The notes beneath the pieces are model-generated. The model saw only the letters and a program-made list of their open reading frames with translations. It was not told the origin of the DNA and searched no databases. The translations under genes and the position numbers were made by a program. From Anaerolineae bacterium (GTDB lineage: Bacteria; Chloroflexota; Anaerolineae; B4-G1; DUEL01): DNA of 32,353 bases. The DNA is taken from positions 1 to 32,353 of the forward strand of contig JAOZPF010000004.1 of NCBI GenBank assembly GCA_029932895.1, read 5' to 3'. This document shows positions 30,468 through 32,353 of this stretch, piece after piece. Each line of letters begins with the position of its first letter. Within the stretch, counting starts at the first letter, position 1.

Positions 30468-32353
30468 ATGAGCAAAGCGACTCCCATTCGCCAGCAGTAC
30501 CTTCAACTCAAGGCTCAACATCAGGACGCGGTGCTGTTCTTCCGCCTGGGCGATTTCTACGAGACCTTTGACGAGGATGCCGAGATCGCCGCGCGGGAGC
30601 TGGACCTGGTGCTAACCTCCCGGCCTGTCGCCAAGGGGGTGCGGGTGCCGATGGCTGGCGTACCTCATCACGCCATCGAGGGGTACGTCGCCCGCCTGAT
30701 CGAAAAGGGCTACCGTGTCGCTATCGCCGAACAGGTGGGGGAGGTCACCGGGCGTGGTCTGGTCCAGCGCGAGGTGACCCGCGTCGTCACCCCGGGCACG
30801 GTGGTGGAGCCGGCTCTCCTCGACGCCAAGCGGGCCAACTATCTAGCCGCGCTGGTGATCGAGGGAGAGCGGGCCGGCCTGGCCTATGCCGACATCACCA
30901 CCGGCGAGTTCGCCACGACCCAGATCAACCGCGACGAGGTGGCGCGAGAGCTGGCCCGTCTCCAACCCCGGGAGTGTCTCATCCCCAGGGCAGAGGGGAT
31001 GGGGGCATCACTTTCTGGATTCGGGCCGGGGACGGTTCCCCCATCCACTCACGTCACTCCTATCCCCTCCTACCGCGCCGAGCCAGGCGCAGCCAGGCAA
31101 GTGCTCCTGGACCACTTTCGGGTGACGACGCTGGAGGGATTCGGCTGCGAGGGCAAGCCCCTGGCTATTCGTGCCGCCGGCGCTATCCTCTACTACCTGC
31201 GCGAGACGCAGAAGGGAGCGCTGGCTCAGATCGCCGGGCTGCGCACCTATACCACCGACCGCTTCCTGGCGCTAGACCCCGTGACCCGTCGCAACCTGGA
31301 GCTGACCGAAACACTGCGAGAGCGCAAGGTGCAAGGATCTCTCCTGGGCGTGCTCGACCGCACACTGACCCCTATGGGCGGGCGGCTCCTGCGCGCCCGG
31401 CTGGTCCAACCACTGACCGACCGGGCCGCTATCGAGGCCCGGTTGGACGAGGTGGAAACTTTCGCCCAGGACAGCGTGCTGCGGGGACAGGTGCGCGCGG
31501 GGTTGAAGGATATGCCGGACCTGGAACGGCTGACGAACCGGGTGCTGGGGAACATTGCCACTCCGCGCGATATGGCCTCCATCAGCCGGGCGCTAGCGAG
31601 GGTGAAAGAGACCAAGGGCAGAATGCAGGAGGCGGGAACGTCGGAGGGCGCATCGCGCCCCCTCCACTTTGCCCTCGACCCATGCGACGATGTCGCCGCT
31701 CTGATCTCGGCCGCCATCGCCGCCGACCCCCCCGCCAACCTCTCCGCCGGCGGCTATATTCGCCCCGGCTTTTCCGCAGAACTGGACGAGCTGCTGCAAT
31801 CAGTGCACGAAGCACGGGATTGGCTGGCCAGCCTCGAACGGCGGGAGCAGGAGCAGACCGGCATCAAGAACCTCAAGGTCGGTTACAACAAGGTCTTTGG
31901 CTACTATATCGAGGTGACCAAATCCAACCTCGGTGCGGTCCCCGATACCTATATCCGCAAGCAGACGCTAGTCAACGCCGAGCGGTTCATCACCCCAGAG
32001 TTAAAAGAGGTGGAAACGCTGATCCTCAACGCCGAGGAGCGGCGGGCAGAGGTGGAGGTGCGGCTGTTCCGCGAGGTCTGCCAGCGGGTTGCGGCGCGCG
32101 CCCAGGCGCTGCTCAAGACCGCCAAGGCGGTGGGCCAACTCGACGTGGCCACGACCCTGGCCGAGGTCGCCGTCCGCAACCGGTACACCCGCCCGGAGCT
32201 GGTCGACACGGACGTGTTAGAGATCGTGGACGGGCGGCATCCTGTGGTGGAACAGGCGTTGCAAGAGGAACCTTTCGTCCCCAACGACCTGCATCTGAAC
32301 GACGCGGCTCACATCCTGGTCATCACCGGCCCCAATATGGCTGGCAAATCGGA
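30468..32353 (+). CDS. mutS: DNA mismatch repair protein MutS (3' end outside the window)
   Basis: This ORF is not in the track because it runs off the end of the window. The N-terminus is MSKATPIRQQYLQLKAQHQDAVLFFRLGDFYETF. Later blocks are MAGVPHH, RRNLEL, TPMGGRLL and GRHPVVE. It ends in the Walker A motif ITGPNMAGKS at the window edge. Starts 4 nt after the upstream stop. Confidence 0.95.
   Translation, partial: MSKATPIRQQYLQLKAQHQDAVLFFRLGDFYETFDEDAEIAARELDLVLTSRPVAKGVRVPMAGVPHHAIEGYVARLIEKGYRVAIAEQVGEVTGRGLVQREVTRVVTPGTVVEPALLDAKRANYLAALVIEGERAGLAYADITTGEFATTQINRDEVARELARLQPRECLIPRAEGMGASLSGFGPGTVPPSTHVTPIPSYRAEPGAARQVLLDHFRVTTLEGFGCEGKPLAIRAAGAILYYLRETQKGALAQIAGLRTYTTDRFLALDPVTRRNLELTETLRERKVQGSLLGVLDRTLTPMGGRLLRARLVQPLTDRAAIEARLDEVETFAQDSVLRGQVRAGLKDMPDLERLTNRVLGNIATPRDMASISRALARVKETKGRMQEAGTSEGASRPLHFALDPCDDVAALISAAIAADPPANLSAGGYIRPGFSAELDELLQSVHEARDWLASLERREQEQTGIKNLKVGYNKVFGYYIEVTKSNLGAVPDTYIRKQTLVNAERFITPELKEVETLILNAEERRAEVEVRLFREVCQRVAARAQALLKTAKAVGQLDVATTLAEVAVRNRYTRPELVDTDVLEIVDGRHPVVEQALQEEPFVPNDLHLNDAAHILVITGPNMAGKS

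Noticed and set aside
1-32353. Scan for CRISPR arrays, tRNA/rRNA genes, transposases, integrases, phage or classic defence genes
   Set aside because: I saw no spaced direct repeats, no tRNA-like T-arm/acceptor patterns, and no DDE, tyrosine or serine recombinase motifs. The only repeat structures are the heptamer arrays and the protein-level GAF/TPR/HAD duplications.

Overview
This is a GC-rich bacterial chromosomal window. The gene content (a giant multi-GAF kinase, DUF4388/PATAN, a four-helix-bundle cassette, sharp sigma70-type boxes in GC-rich spacers) suggests Chloroflexota or a similar lineage, but that is only a guess. All domain calls come from reading motifs in the supplied translations; no searches were run.

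Gene order, left to right:
- ABC-2 exporter operon with a two-domain GNAT gene wedged between the ATPase (5' truncated) and the permease
- One single HAD hydrolase and one fused double-HAD hydrolase
- DUF4388/PATAN protein plus small Ras-like GTPase, with their own consensus promoter and a terminator
- A tightly packed eight-gene operon (about 12.4 kb, 6236-18630), the most interesting region. Its genes in order: alpha/beta hydrolase, V4R protein, GlmU-like beta-helix protein, acyl-ACP-reductase (AAR)-like reductase, REC plus degenerate GGDEF, a 2126-aa transmembrane hybrid histidine kinase with 8 GAF domains and 2 receivers, a CheY-like regulator, and a second alpha/beta hydrolase paralog whose nucleophile Ser is Ala
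- Zinc-ribbon/TPR/PD40 beta-propeller membrane protein (minus strand)
- MBL-fold protein and a TPR lipoprotein
- tdh-kbl threonine catabolism pair, split by a decayed four-helix-bundle (23S-IVS protein family) gene flanked by heptanucleotide repeat arrays
- Pseudo-receiver plus HExxH protein pair (minus strand)
- Leaderless GT4 glycosyltransferase
- Zn-ADH, xseB and a standalone PK_C-like protein (minus strand)
- PEP synthase/PPDK regulatory protein, then mutS (3' truncated)

No tRNA, rRNA, CRISPR array, transposase or integrase was seen. The many long antisense or off-frame ORFs in the track are typical high-GC artefacts.
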